64,000 nucleotides of DNA from Candidatus Pelearchaeum maunauluense (GCA_030059675.1 JANVYQ010000004.1:32001-96000), one strand, 5' to 3'; numbered from the stretch's first letter, positions 1 to 9,525 are shown. The notes: generated by a model not told the origin, from the sequence alone. Made by a program: numbers and translations.

Positions 1-711
1 AGCCCTAACCACAGCCTCCATGCGCGTTATCTCCTCAGGCCTCCCCTCTGCTATCTTCTCCCCAAAATGAAGCACAACAACCCGCTCACACAGGTTCATG
101 ACTATCCGCATGTTATGCTCTATGAGCATTATCGTCATCCCGCTCTCCCTTATACGCCTAACCAGGCTTATCGCCTCGTTTATCTGCGCCACGTTTAGGC
201 CGGTGAATATCTCGTCCAGCAGTAGTAGCGCTGGCCTTGTGGCGAGGGCGCGGGCCAGCTCTAGGCGCTTCAGCTCGACAATCGTCAAGTCCTTGGCTGG
301 CGTGTTCCTCTTCCCAGATAGGCCGACATACTCTATAATCTCATCTACCCTCCTATCAACCTCCCCAGAGCTGTTCTTCCTCCCAACCTTCCCAAAGATA
401 TAACCAGCCTTCACATGCTCCCTCACGGTGAGTGTTGGAAACGACTGGGCTATCTGGAAAGTCCTCCCAACACCAAGCCTGCAAATATCCTCAGGCGACT
501 TACGCGTTATGTCATGACCCTTGAATAATATCCTACCATCCTCCGGCTTATACACGCCGGAGATTACGTTGATGAGCGTCGTCTTTCCAGAGCCGTTGGG
601 GCCTATTAGGCCGACTATCTCCCCTTGGGATATCTCCAAATCCACGTTCTTGAGAGCAACTATACCGCCAAACCTTTTGGTGATATTCTCAACTTTTAGC
701 AACGTGTTCAA
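1..711 (-). CDS. livG: Branched-chain amino acid-type ABC transporter ATP-binding protein (LivG-like), 3' end outside window
   Basis: Manual translation from TTG at 711 (GGAGG upstream): MNTLLKVENITKRFGGIVALKNVDLEISQGEIVGLIGPNGSGKTT (Walker A); later LLLLDEI and IEHNM. Absent from the ORF track because it runs off the window. Confidence 0.88.
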   Translation of the reverse strand, partial: MNTLLKVENITKRFGGIVALKNVDLEISQGEIVGLIGPNGSGKTTLINVISGVYKPEDGRILFKGHDITRKSPEDICRLGVGRTFQIAQSFPTLTVREHVKAGYIFGKVGRKNSSGEVDRRVDEIIEYVGLSGKRNTPAKDLTIVELKRLELARALATRPALLLLDEIFTGLNVAQINEAISLVRRIRESGMTIMLIEHNMRIVMNLCERVVVLHFGEKIAEGRPEEITRMEAVVRA

Positions 712-766
712 GCGTTACGCCTCCTCTAGTTGTTGCCTGTTCGGCGTTGTCTTTTGTTCTAGTATG

Positions 767-946
767 CTATAAGCTATACCCAGCCTCGCTCCGCTTGAGG
801 CTCTCCAAGAGCGTCTGGGCGTGGCTCATCATGTGCCGCGCTGTTCTCTCCACACCATAGTTCCCAGACTTCCCAGCCTCATCGGCCAGCTCTTTTAGGG
901 CGGTATAGACCTGCTCAACCTTCCTAAGCATCTCGTCATTACCCAT
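767..946 (-). CDS. Small hypothetical protein (59 aa)
   Basis: ATG 946 directly after the paaK stop; MGNDEMLRKVEQVYTALKELADEAGKSGNYGVERTARHMMSHAQTLLESLKRSEAGYSL; fills the gap between paaK and livG. Confidence 0.6.
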   Translation of the reverse strand: MGNDEMLRKVEQVYTALKELADEAGKSGNYGVERTARHMMSHAQTLLESLKRSEAGYSL

Positions 947-947
947 C

Positions 948-2231
948 TTAACTCCCCTCCTTGATTATGATTCTCCTGCTCTTCCCCTCGTAGCGCGGCA
1001 AGCTCCCTTCGGGGACGAACTCCACATGCGGTGTGACGAACATGAGGCCGCGCTTAAGCTCTGCTGATATCTTCTCGCGTAGCTCTGGCGTGTCGCGCTG
1101 CTGCTCCAGCTCCACCTTAATCCAGATACCGCCGCCAATAAGGGACTTATCAACAACCACTTGATACTCCATCACCTCGGGGAACTTGAAGAGAGCCTCC
1201 TGTATCGTGCTGGGCCATATCTTAGCCCCGCGGTAGTGTATGACGTCATCAACCCTTCCGCGAATCCACTTACAGCGCGGGAATGCGTCGCGCCCACACT
1301 CGCAGCCGCTATCGTCAATAAGCGTTATGTCGCGCATCCTATACCTGACCAAAGGCATGGCCTCCTTCGTCAAGGTCGTTACAACCATCTCGCCCTCCTC
1401 ACCTGGTGGTACTGGCTCCAGCGTCTCTGGGTCTATTATCTCCAGGTAGATGTGGTCTATCCAGAAGTGGAAGCCTTGCTCATACTCGCACTCTATCCCA
1501 GAGCCTGGGCCCAGCAGCTCTGTAGCCCCGAAGACGTTCCTAGCTCCCCCGCTCTTCTCCTTCAACGCGAAGCCCTCCTCAAGACGCCTGCGTGCCTCCT
1601 CTGTCCACATCTCGGCGCCTGGTATGGTTATTCTGAGCGAGGTCTTCTCAGGGTCTATGCCGCGTTTTCGGAGGGTCTCAAGTATGTAGAGCTGGTATGA
1701 TGGTGTTCCAGTCATGACGGTGGGCTTGAAGTCCCTTATGATGTCTATCATCGCTTCTGTCCTGCCTACGCCCCATGGTATTACGGTGGCGCCAACCATG
1801 TGCGAGGGCTGGTGGAAGCCCAAACCACCCGTGAAGAGCCCATAGCCGTAGATGTTTAGCATGATATCGCCCTTCCTCACGCCGCATGTAACGAGTGAGC
1901 GCGCCATCAAGTTAACCCATGTCTCGTGGTCCTTGTAGGTGTATGGCCCAACCGTAGGCTTTCCAGTCGTTCCAGACGTCATATGCCAGCAGATTAGCTC
2001 CTCGCGGGGCACGCAGAGGAAATCACCGCCATACGGGTAGCTATAAACCCGCAGGTCATCCTTTGTCGTGAAGGGGAATTTGCGTATATCCTCCAGCTTC
2101 TTCAAGTCATCTGGATTAACCCCAGCCTCGTCAAACCGCTTATGATAGAACCTACTGCGCTCATACACGTAACGAAGTATGAACTTGAGACGCTTCAACT
2201 GAAGCTCCTGCAGCTCGGAGCGCTTCATCAA
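948..2231 (-). CDS. paaK: Phenylacetate-CoA ligase
   Basis: PFTTKDDLR, MTSGTTGKPT, YGLFTGGLG, GAEMWTEE, YRMRD and GRVDD motifs. The frame stays open upstream through YWEPHIE (see findings). Confidence 0.92.
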   Translation of the reverse strand: MMKRSELQELQLKRLKFILRYVYERSRFYHKRFDEAGVNPDDLKKLEDIRKFPFTTKDDLRVYSYPYGGDFLCVPREELICWHMTSGTTGKPTVGPYTYKDHETWVNLMARSLVTCGVRKGDIMLNIYGYGLFTGGLGFHQPSHMVGATVIPWGVGRTEAMIDIIRDFKPTVMTGTPSYQLYILETLRKRGIDPEKTSLRITIPGAEMWTEEARRRLEEGFALKEKSGGARNVFGATELLGPGSGIECEYEQGFHFWIDHIYLEIIDPETLEPVPPGEEGEMVVTTLTKEAMPLVRYRMRDITLIDDSGCECGRDAFPRCKWIRGRVDDVIHYRGAKIWPSTIQEALFKFPEVMEYQVVVDKSLIGGGIWIKVELEQQRDTPELREKISAELKRGLMFVTPHVEFVPEGSLPRYEGKSRRIIIKEGS

Positions 2232-2395
2232 CTCTATATGGGGCTCCCAGTAAAGCGTCTTGGAGGTCGTTTTTCACTCACCCCAACCCACCCGCAGAAT
2301 GAGCATTAATAAGCGTTTAGCGTAGATACCATAACATCGATGGAGTTGGTTGGTATACGTCTAAATAGGTTAGGTTGTTGGGGCTGGGTTAGGCT

Positions 2396-3439
2396 ATGGG
2401 GAGAATAGTCCCATCCACGCCTGGGATAAGGATACTTCAGTCAATCAAGGGAGGAAGCTACACGGTAACAATACCGCGCTGGTGGGTGGATAAGCACGGC
2501 CTAAAGAAAGGCTCCAAGCTCTTCGTGGCCGAGGACGGCGTCTCACTACGAATAGCTGCGCGAGAATCTATACAGATGAAGAAGACAGTTGAGATAGACC
2601 TAGACTCGCTGAAGGATATGAAGTCAGCCCGCTGCTGCATACTCACCTACTACATGCAGGGGGCTGATGAGATGATAGTCAAGTCGCGCGATGTGCTTTC
2701 TGCTGATAGGAAGAAGCAACTACGCGAGATGAGGCTCGCCTTGCCTGGCGTTGAGATAATCCATGACGACACTCACCGAATCGTGTACCGCGTATTCACC
2801 GAGGAGATGAACGAGAAGCTGGACGATACGATAATGATGATTCATAACATGGCGTTGACGACGCACCGCGACGCTGTGCGCAGCGTTGTTAGCGATAATG
2901 CTGGGCTTGCTAATGATGTTGTGAGCCGTGAAGCTGAGCTTCTGAGAATTTACCGAAAACTCATACGCCACCTCGCGCTGTGTAGCACGAATCCTGAGAT
3001 AGCGTTCAAGAGCGGCGTTGGAGATAGTAGGGAGCTGGTTACGTACGCGCTCGTTGCGAGAGACCTAAACAGAACGGTGTATCACGCAATCTACATAGCC
3101 AAACACTACCTAAGGCTTGCGAAGCCCATATCCGCTGGAAAGATGCTAAAGATGATTGAGGTTCTCTCCGAGACCGCCAGTAAGATGCAGCAATTGGCTG
3201 TAGAGGCATTCATAGACAAGAACTTCCAGAAGATCTTGGATGTTACCTCCATGATGCAGGACGTGAAGCAGCAAGAGGAGAAGATAAACTTCAGCGTGGT
3301 GGATAATGTGAAGAACTTGGAGCAGGCTATCACGCTTCTCATGATTGCGCGCGAGATTAGGCGTATAGCTGGCTATAGCGTGGCGATGGCTGATGCGGCT
3401 GCTAACCGCATACTCGCTCCTGGCCGCGCCGCTGTATAA
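2396..3439 (+). CDS. AbrB-PhoU type archaeal transcriptional regulator
   Basis: N-terminal RILQSIKGGSYTVTIPRWWV...LKKGS (AbrB/MazE-like) followed by two PhoU-like helical repeats (ARDLNRTVYHAIYIA, AREIRRIAGYSVAMA). Confidence 0.85.
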   Translation: MGRIVPSTPGIRILQSIKGGSYTVTIPRWWVDKHGLKKGSKLFVAEDGVSLRIAARESIQMKKTVEIDLDSLKDMKSARCCILTYYMQGADEMIVKSRDVLSADRKKQLREMRLALPGVEIIHDDTHRIVYRVFTEEMNEKLDDTIMMIHNMALTTHRDAVRSVVSDNAGLANDVVSREAELLRIYRKLIRHLALCSTNPEIAFKSGVGDSRELVTYALVARDLNRTVYHAIYIAKHYLRLAKPISAGKMLKMIEVLSETASKMQQLAVEAFIDKNFQKILDVTSMMQDVKQQEEKINFSVVDNVKNLEQAITLLMIAREIRRIAGYSVAMADAAANRILAPGRAAV

Positions 3440-3448
3440 TTTTTGTTA

Positions 3449-3462
3449 TAATTATATAATTA
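3449..3462. promoter_or_regulatory. Perfect 14-bp palindrome TAATTATATAATTA upstream of the padB promoter
   Basis: Lies in the AT-rich spacer just upstream of a TATA-like AAATATAAA (about 3472-3480) and the ATG at 3505. Confidence 0.4.
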
Positions 3463-3504
3463 ATATTCAAAAAATATAAACTTCCAACCAGCAACAACTA
3501 CCAG

Positions 3505-5076
3505 ATGACCCTCCAGAAAATCCCCACCTACTGCTACCAGTGCGTCTGCGGACCAGACCTGCTCAAAATAGTCGTAAAAGACGGCACGCCAGTAGCTGTT
3601 GAGCCCAATTTTGACGTCAGCGATAAGCATCCAGCAGGCGGGAGAGTATGCATCAAGGCGTATGGGCTTATACAGAAGATGTACAATCCTTGGCGCGTTA
3701 AGGCTCCTATGGTTAGGACGAACCCGCGTAAGGGTGTTGATGAGGACCCTGGCTGGAGGGAGGTTTCGTGGGATGAGGCTCTTGAGCTTGTTGCATCCAA
3801 GCTCCGCAAGGTGCGTGGTAGGGGGCTTCTGGACGAGCGCGGCTATCCCAGGCTCGCGGTAACGCTGGGCGGCGCTGGGACGCCGCAGGCATACTTCGGA
3901 ACGCTCAACGCGTTCTTCGCAGCGTGTGGGCCTATTGACTTCAGCCTAGGAAGCGGCCAGGGGGTTAAGTGCTACCACACCGAGCACCTATTCGGCGAAT
4001 ACTGGCACCGCGCATTCATAGTCGCGGCAGATGTTCCATACACGCGCCTCGTAATCTCTTTCGGTCATAATGATAATGCCTCTGGAGGAGTTACAGGAGT
4101 ATGGCGTAACGCCCATGCCCGCGTTAATGGTATGCGCTGGGTGCAGGTAGAGCCGCACCTCTCCGTTACTGGCGCTACCGCCGACGAGTGGATTCCCATA
4201 AAGCCGAAGACAGACGCGGCGTTCCTCTACGGAATGCTCCACACCATACTCCACGAGATGCGTTGGCAGGATGTATGCGACTTGGAGTTTCTCAAGCGGA
4301 TGACGAACAGCCCATACCTCATAGGCCCCCGCGGCTACTACATACGCGACCCAGAGAGCAGGAAGCCGTTGGTATGGGATAAGCTTCGCGGCGAGCCGCG
4401 CGCCTATGACGACGCGACAGTAAGCGAGCCAGCCCTCGTGGGCAGGTTTAGGGTTGGGCGCTGCGTGGAGATAGGCCCAGACGGCGAGACGTGGGAGTAT
4501 GAAGATGTGGAATGCAGGCCAGCGTTTGACCTGCTCATAGAGCACATGAAGCCATACACCCCAGAATGGGCTGCGAAAATCTGCGACTTAAGCTCTGACG
4601 TAATCAGAAGACTGGCGCGCGAGTTCATCAGCAGCGCGATGGTCGGCGCAACGGTTGAGGTTGACGGCGTCAAGATGCCGCTGAGGCCTGTGGCCATACT
4701 GCTAGGGAAAACAGTCTCCAACGGCTGGGGAGCATACCAGGCAGTATGGGCCAGGACTATACTCCAGTCCCTAGTCGGCGCTCTAGAGGTTCCTGGCTCA
4801 ATACTCGGGGTAACAATCAGGCTGAATAGGCCGATGTTTGACAGGCTGGAGAGCGTGAAGATAGGTGCTGACGGCTTCATGGCGCAGCAGCTCAACCCAA
4901 CAGACCGCGAGCGTTGGGAGGCGGCGCGCGTGGGGATACCTATAACAGTCTCGCTGCGAGGCCCCCTATTCTCAGGGGTTTATGCAGCCATGAAGACAGG
5001 TGTAACCATGGTGAGCATAGTGCATGGCCGCGTGCTCACGGCATACGCCAATCCCGATAGAATAATAATCCCGTGA
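3505..5076 (+). pseudogene. padB: Truncated phenylacetyl-CoA:acceptor oxidoreductase large subunit (PadB-like Mo-bisPGD enzyme) fused in frame to an FdhD C-terminus
   Basis: IPTYCYQCVCGPDLL...GGRVCIKAYG Fe-S motif, GSGQGVKCYHTEH and ADEWIPIKPKTD. After about aa 472 the sequence becomes AARVGIPITVS...GVTMVSIVHGRVLTAYANPDRII, an FdhD-like end. The Mo-binding C-terminal half is absent. Confidence 0.78.
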
Positions 5077-5077
5077 T

Positions 5078-5560
5078 ATGTTTAGAGTATTAAATAAAAC
5101 TCCAACAGCCAGCCTATGCGTGGAGCAGAGGCACGTAACACGTCTGAGGGTAAGGCTATCCGAGACAGATACCCTGGGAATCGTGTATTATGGCCAGTAC
5201 TTCGTCTATTTTGACGTGGCGCGGCTGGAGCTACTACGCGAGCTTGGAATAACGTCAGACTACCTCCAGAGACTTGGCCTCCATTTCGTCGCGGCAGAGG
5301 CTTCATGTAGGTATTTCGGCTCTGCGCGCTTTGATGAGCTACTACAGGTGAAGACATGGATTTCAAAGCTGGGAAACAGCAGCATAAGGTATGAGCATAT
5401 TATTGAGCGAGAGAATGACGGCCAAAAGCTTGTCCACGGCTTTGTTGTAGACGTCCTGGTGGATGCTGATGGTAGGCCTGTGAGCTTACCTGCCGAGATG
5501 CGGGAGAAGCTCTCCAAATATCTAATACCCCAGCGGGAAGAAGCTGGAGCAACGGCATAG
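5078..5560 (+). CDS. Acyl-CoA thioesterase, YbgC/4HBT hotdog family (start may be GTG 5120)
   Basis: RVRLSETDTLGIVYYGQYFVYFDVAR and ARFDELL motifs. Confidence 0.9.
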   Translation: MFRVLNKTPTASLCVEQRHVTRLRVRLSETDTLGIVYYGQYFVYFDVARLELLRELGITSDYLQRLGLHFVAAEASCRYFGSARFDELLQVKTWISKLGNSSIRYEHIIERENDGQKLVHGFVVDVLVDADGRPVSLPAEMREKLSKYLIPQREEAGATA

Positions 5561-5571
5561 GTGAGTAAAAT

Positions 5572-6000
5572 ATGGAGCAGGACGTTCCCGAGAGTCTAGT
5601 AGCCAAGTTCAGGTCAGACCCTTTCCTGCGTTATCTGGGTGTAAGGATAACCGAGGTTCGGCGTGGGTACTGTCGGGCTGAGATGAAGGTTGGTGGCGAT
5701 ATGCTGAATTTTCACGGCGTTGCTCATGGTGGGGCTATATTCACCTTAGCTGACGCTGCATTCGCGGTTGCGAGCAACTCTCATGGAACACGGGCAGTGG
5801 CGCTGATGATGGATATAGCATTCCGCCACCCAGCCATGGAGGGAGACGAGCTCGTAGCAGAAGCAACAGAGACGAGCCTAGGAAGGAGAACGGCACTATA
5901 CTACATAACGGTCAGAAAGACGGACGGCACGCTCGTAGCGTCGTGCCAAGGCATGGTCTTTAGGAGCGGCGAGAGTATTGAAAATACCACAAAAGAATAA
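5572..6000 (+). CDS. paaI: PaaI hydroxyphenylacetyl-CoA thioesterase
   Basis: DPFLRYLG...NFHGVAHGGAIFTLADAAFAVASNSHG; GGTGA SD 7 nt before the ATG. Confidence 0.9.
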   Translation: MEQDVPESLVAKFRSDPFLRYLGVRITEVRRGYCRAEMKVGGDMLNFHGVAHGGAIFTLADAAFAVASNSHGTRAVALMMDIAFRHPAMEGDELVAEATETSLGRRTALYYITVRKTDGTLVASCQGMVFRSGESIENTTKE

Positions 6001-6017
6001 TGGAAGGTTCTGCATTG

Positions 6018-6800
6018 TTATAGTCTCTCCAGAACTCTGGCGCCTTCTATAACGAAGCCAGCCTTGTAATGTATTCCATACATGACCTCTAGGGGCTTTA
6101 CCAGCTCCAGCTCCTCGCTTGGCGACTTCCCCAGCTCCACCTCGCCCTCGCCAATCCATACGTCATCTACGCGTGAGCCTGTCTTGATTACCTCCACAAG
6201 CTCCGAAACACTTGTCTGACCTTCATGCGTTGTTGGGAAGTGCCTATATCCAAAAGTTGCGCCGAACTTCATAACGTCATCAACGGTTCCGCGTCGGTTA
6301 ATCTTGAGCCGCACAGTCAATAGTCTATAGCCATGCCTGACGCAGTAGCCTGTAAGCCTTACACCCTCTCTAACGTTTTCGGCAAACCTGTTGAACCTAT
6401 GAAATCGCGTCATAACTATCTCGTCTGCTATCTTTTTGGGATAGCCATTAAGCCAGCCGCGAATCAAAGCCCAATCCCTGTCAACCCACATGAAGGGGTA
6501 GAAGACACCTCTCCTGTCTTTATATTCGCAGAGAACCCCTATACCAGCCTCGTGGTAAATCGTCTGCGCGGGGTCTAGAAATAAAGCCTCTGGATTCTTC
6601 TCGCTCACCGAGACGAACTCGCTCACGTAAGCAGCCGCAGTGCCGTCAACAACCCTAAGCGGCGCTGGGAGAAGCTTCTGCAATCCATCAACATCACCGC
6701 GGAAATAGACGCTCACATAGTCTATCCCATAATGCCAAGGCCCCTCCTCAACAACCGAGCCCCTGCCCTCTGGAGTTAGAAAGTGAGTAAACGGCTTCAT
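6018..6800 (-). CDS. Acetoacetate decarboxylase (ADC) superfamily protein
   Basis: GPWHY, YHEA, MWVDRDWALIRGWLNGYPKK with the Schiff-base lysine motif intact. Confidence 0.85.
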   Translation of the reverse strand: MKPFTHFLTPEGRGSVVEEGPWHYGIDYVSVYFRGDVDGLQKLLPAPLRVVDGTAAAYVSEFVSVSEKNPEALFLDPAQTIYHEAGIGVLCEYKDRRGVFYPFMWVDRDWALIRGWLNGYPKKIADEIVMTRFHRFNRFAENVREGVRLTGYCVRHGYRLLTVRLKINRRGTVDDVMKFGATFGYRHFPTTHEGQTSVSELVEVIKTGSRVDDVWIGEGEVELGKSPSEELELVKPLEVMYGIHYKAGFVIEGARVLERL

Positions 6801-6839
6801 GACTAGATTAGACTCTGAAAGTTTGAGCGCTTATTAAAG

Positions 6840-7031
6840 TTAGGGCCGCGAGACTATACTGGCGAGCTCATCCTCCCTCCCAGTCTCGTATCTACTCAAC
6901 TCTAGTAGCTTCTCTATCCTTAGGGAGACGTTAGCGCGGATAAGCTCGTCTATCAACTCTGAAAATGATTTTCCATTCTTCAGCTGCTCAAGCTTGGCGT
7001 AAACCCCTCGGATATTGTGAGAGTTTTATGC
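6840..7031 (-). pseudogene. Frameshifted VapB/DUF217-like antitoxin remnant
   Basis: KTLTISE, then a frameshift in the G-run near 7005, then VYAKLEQLKNGKSFSELIDELIR...; no start codon and no adjacent toxin. Confidence 0.6.
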
Positions 7032-7079
7032 TAAATGTAAAAATATTGTGTTATTTTTTGGCCATTTTGGTGTGCTGGG

Positions 7080-8039
7080 CTGAAGCTATGCACGTTTCTG
7101 AAGAATGGAGAGCATAAGGCTGGCTTGGTCTTGGGTGAGGTGGTGGTTGATATAGCGTATGCCGCAGCTAGGCATTTTGGACAGAGGGTTCCTAGTGATA
7201 TGCTGGGGTTGCTGGATAGCTGGGACGATGTGCTACCTGTTCTGAGGCATATAGCTAAGCGGGTGGATGAGACGCAGCCTAGCGAAGGCGTGTATAGCCT
7301 AGACGAAACTAGGCTGCTCGCCCCAATACCTAGGCCACGCAAAATCATCGCTACCCTAGTCAACACCTATGGAATGTTGGGTGGCGGGGATGTGGAGCCC
7401 CTCAAGCATCCGCGCTTATTCATGAAAGCCCCAAGCACGGTCATAGGGCCTGGAGAAACAATACTCGCGCCGCCGCATGGTGTTAGGCCTGAGGTTGAGC
7501 TAGCCGCCGTGATAGGCCATAAAGTAAGGCGCGCCAACGTGGATGAAGCTGGCAGAGCAATAATAGGCTACACTATAATGAACGATGTAACAGCGCCGCG
7601 CGAGTCGCGTGAGGATGCTTACGAGGCTTATAGACGCGACCCAGCAACAGGTGAAGTCAGGAAGGTGAGGCTACGCGGCCCGTTGTTCCGCTCCAAGAAC
7701 CATGACACTTTCACACCGCTTGGGCCGTGGATAACCACGGTGGATGAGGTTGGTGATGTCTCAAGCCTACGCCTCATCACGCGCTTCAACGGTGAGATAA
7801 TCCAGGAAGGAACTACTAGGGAGTATATTTTCAGCCCAGCCGCGATAGTTGCGTTCATTTCTGGATTCATGACGCTTGAGCCTGGTGATGTGGTCTCCGC
7901 TGGCACCGTGGGCTGGGTAGCCGCTGAGCTGGGCGGCTCAGACCCATCCGAGTGGGTTCTTCCAAAAAATGAAGGGATTCTGGAGCTTGAGATTGAGAGG
8001 ATAGGAGTATTGAGAAATCCCGTAAGGCCTGAGGTGTAG
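7080..8039 (+). CDS. Fumarylacetoacetate hydrolase family protein (HpaG-like decarboxylase/isomerase), probable CTG start
   Basis: LLAPIPRPRKII, FMKAPSTVIGPG, EVELAAVIG, GYTIMNDVT, KNHDTFTPLGP, TLEPGDVVSAGT. The typical N-terminus (L)KLCTF...G begins at CTG 7080. Confidence 0.9.
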   Translation: MKLCTFLKNGEHKAGLVLGEVVVDIAYAAARHFGQRVPSDMLGLLDSWDDVLPVLRHIAKRVDETQPSEGVYSLDETRLLAPIPRPRKIIATLVNTYGMLGGGDVEPLKHPRLFMKAPSTVIGPGETILAPPHGVRPEVELAAVIGHKVRRANVDEAGRAIIGYTIMNDVTAPRESREDAYEAYRRDPATGEVRKVRLRGPLFRSKNHDTFTPLGPWITTVDEVGDVSSLRLITRFNGEIIQEGTTREYIFSPAAIVAFISGFMTLEPGDVVSAGTVGWVAAELGGSDPSEWVLPKNEGILELEIERIGVLRNPVRPEV

Positions 8040-8040
8040 G

Positions 8041-9510
8041 TTATTCTGGGTCTGGTATGGAGTCCAGCAGAGTCTTAGCCAGCTTCACACACTCCTCACG
8101 CTGCTTTGCGAACTGCATCTGCATCCTAGACCACATGACCGTTGGGTCTCCCCTACTAAACCTGTCATAAAGCTCGTAGCGCTGGCCCAGCTCGCTGCAC
8201 ACAACATCCCACGCTAGGTTGAAGAGCTTTATCCTCTCCACAGCGGAGACACCAGCACCAACTAGGTACTTATCTATGTACTGCCTTATCTCTGGATTCT
8301 CCAAATCCTTCCGCGAGGAGGGTAGGGATACTAGAGAACCCCCTGATAGGAGTTTTATTATCTCAAACGCTCTTGGAAGGGCTTTCATGTTGAAGTGGCT
8401 TACTGAGACGGCTATCTCTGGGTTTGGTCTGTAGAGCCCGTTGTCAAGCTTCTCGCCCGCGTCCTCGGCCGCGATTATAGCTGCCCTAGTTATGTTAAGG
8501 TATATGAGAAGCTCTCCCAGCTTCTCCTGAACATTAACAAACTTATCAATACCAACCGCTTGTGCTATGAGTGTGGCAAGCCCTGTAAGGAATTTGAGCC
8601 TAGAATAATACTGCACGTTGAAGTGGTAGTTGAACCACGCCTTCATGTAGACACCGCCCCACATCATCGGGATAACCTTATCCACCTCCTCCAAGAAGAG
8701 AAAATTCTCCTTTGGTATCTTCACGTTGTCAAAAACAACAAAAGCGTCGCTCTCCTCAAACCTTGAGCTTATCGGATACTCAAACTCACCGTACCCGTCG
8801 CGTGGCTTGAAACTCCTACGTGCTATGAACTTTATCCCATCAAGGTTCGTTGGGCATACGAAGGCTATCGCATAACGAGGGTCTGGGTCTCTCAAGAGGT
8901 TTGGGAAGTATATGAGCTCCTCAGCATAGGGGGCTGCTGTAGACACCATAGCAGCGCCCCGCACTACGACTGTGCTGTTATTCTTCTCCACCACACCAGC
9001 CTGGATGTATGGGTCAACTAGCTGAGAAGCCATCTTGGAGCGGTCAACCATAGGGGCTACAATAGCATGGGTCAGGAAAAGGTCGTTCTCGCTACAATGC
9101 TCATACAAGCTTATCGCATTATCCGCGAAGAGCGGGTCTTTATCGCCAAAGAAATCCCATGCATGGGCTGCAAATATAGCCATCCACATGTTGAGATAAT
9201 CATAACACCTGCCGAAGAAGCCTAGGAGGTTATCGTATATTATGTTGAGCGCTTCGCGTATCCGTCTGAGGTCTTCCTTAGAACGTGGTATCATGTAAGT
9301 TATGTTTGTGCGCTGGCCATTCTTCAGGTATGTGAGCTTATCCTGATACTCTGGGCTCCATTGTAGGTCGTATATGCGGGCTAGGGTTTGTATGGGTATC
9401 TTGAAGGCTGGATGCTCCACAACATTCTCTACCCGCTTACCCTCATAATAAACAGTAGGCTGCCTTTCCCTCAGGCTCGCGATATAATCCACGCCTCGTC
9501 TTATTGGCAT
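8041..9510 (-). CDS. hpaB: 4-hydroxyphenylacetate 3-monooxygenase, oxygenase component
   Basis: YIASLRE...VYYEGKRVENVVEHPAF, THAIVAPMVDR, YPISSRFEESDAFVVFDNV, RIKLFNLAWD...GQRYELYDRF. Confidence 0.9.
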   Translation of the reverse strand: MPIRRGVDYIASLRERQPTVYYEGKRVENVVEHPAFKIPIQTLARIYDLQWSPEYQDKLTYLKNGQRTNITYMIPRSKEDLRRIREALNIIYDNLLGFFGRCYDYLNMWMAIFAAHAWDFFGDKDPLFADNAISLYEHCSENDLFLTHAIVAPMVDRSKMASQLVDPYIQAGVVEKNNSTVVVRGAAMVSTAAPYAEELIYFPNLLRDPDPRYAIAFVCPTNLDGIKFIARRSFKPRDGYGEFEYPISSRFEESDAFVVFDNVKIPKENFLFLEEVDKVIPMMWGGVYMKAWFNYHFNVQYYSRLKFLTGLATLIAQAVGIDKFVNVQEKLGELLIYLNITRAAIIAAEDAGEKLDNGLYRPNPEIAVSVSHFNMKALPRAFEIIKLLSGGSLVSLPSSRKDLENPEIRQYIDKYLVGAGVSAVERIKLFNLAWDVVCSELGQRYELYDRFSRGDPTVMWSRMQMQFAKQREECVKLAKTLLDSIPDPE

Positions 9511-9525
9511 GGTCTAGCCACTCTC

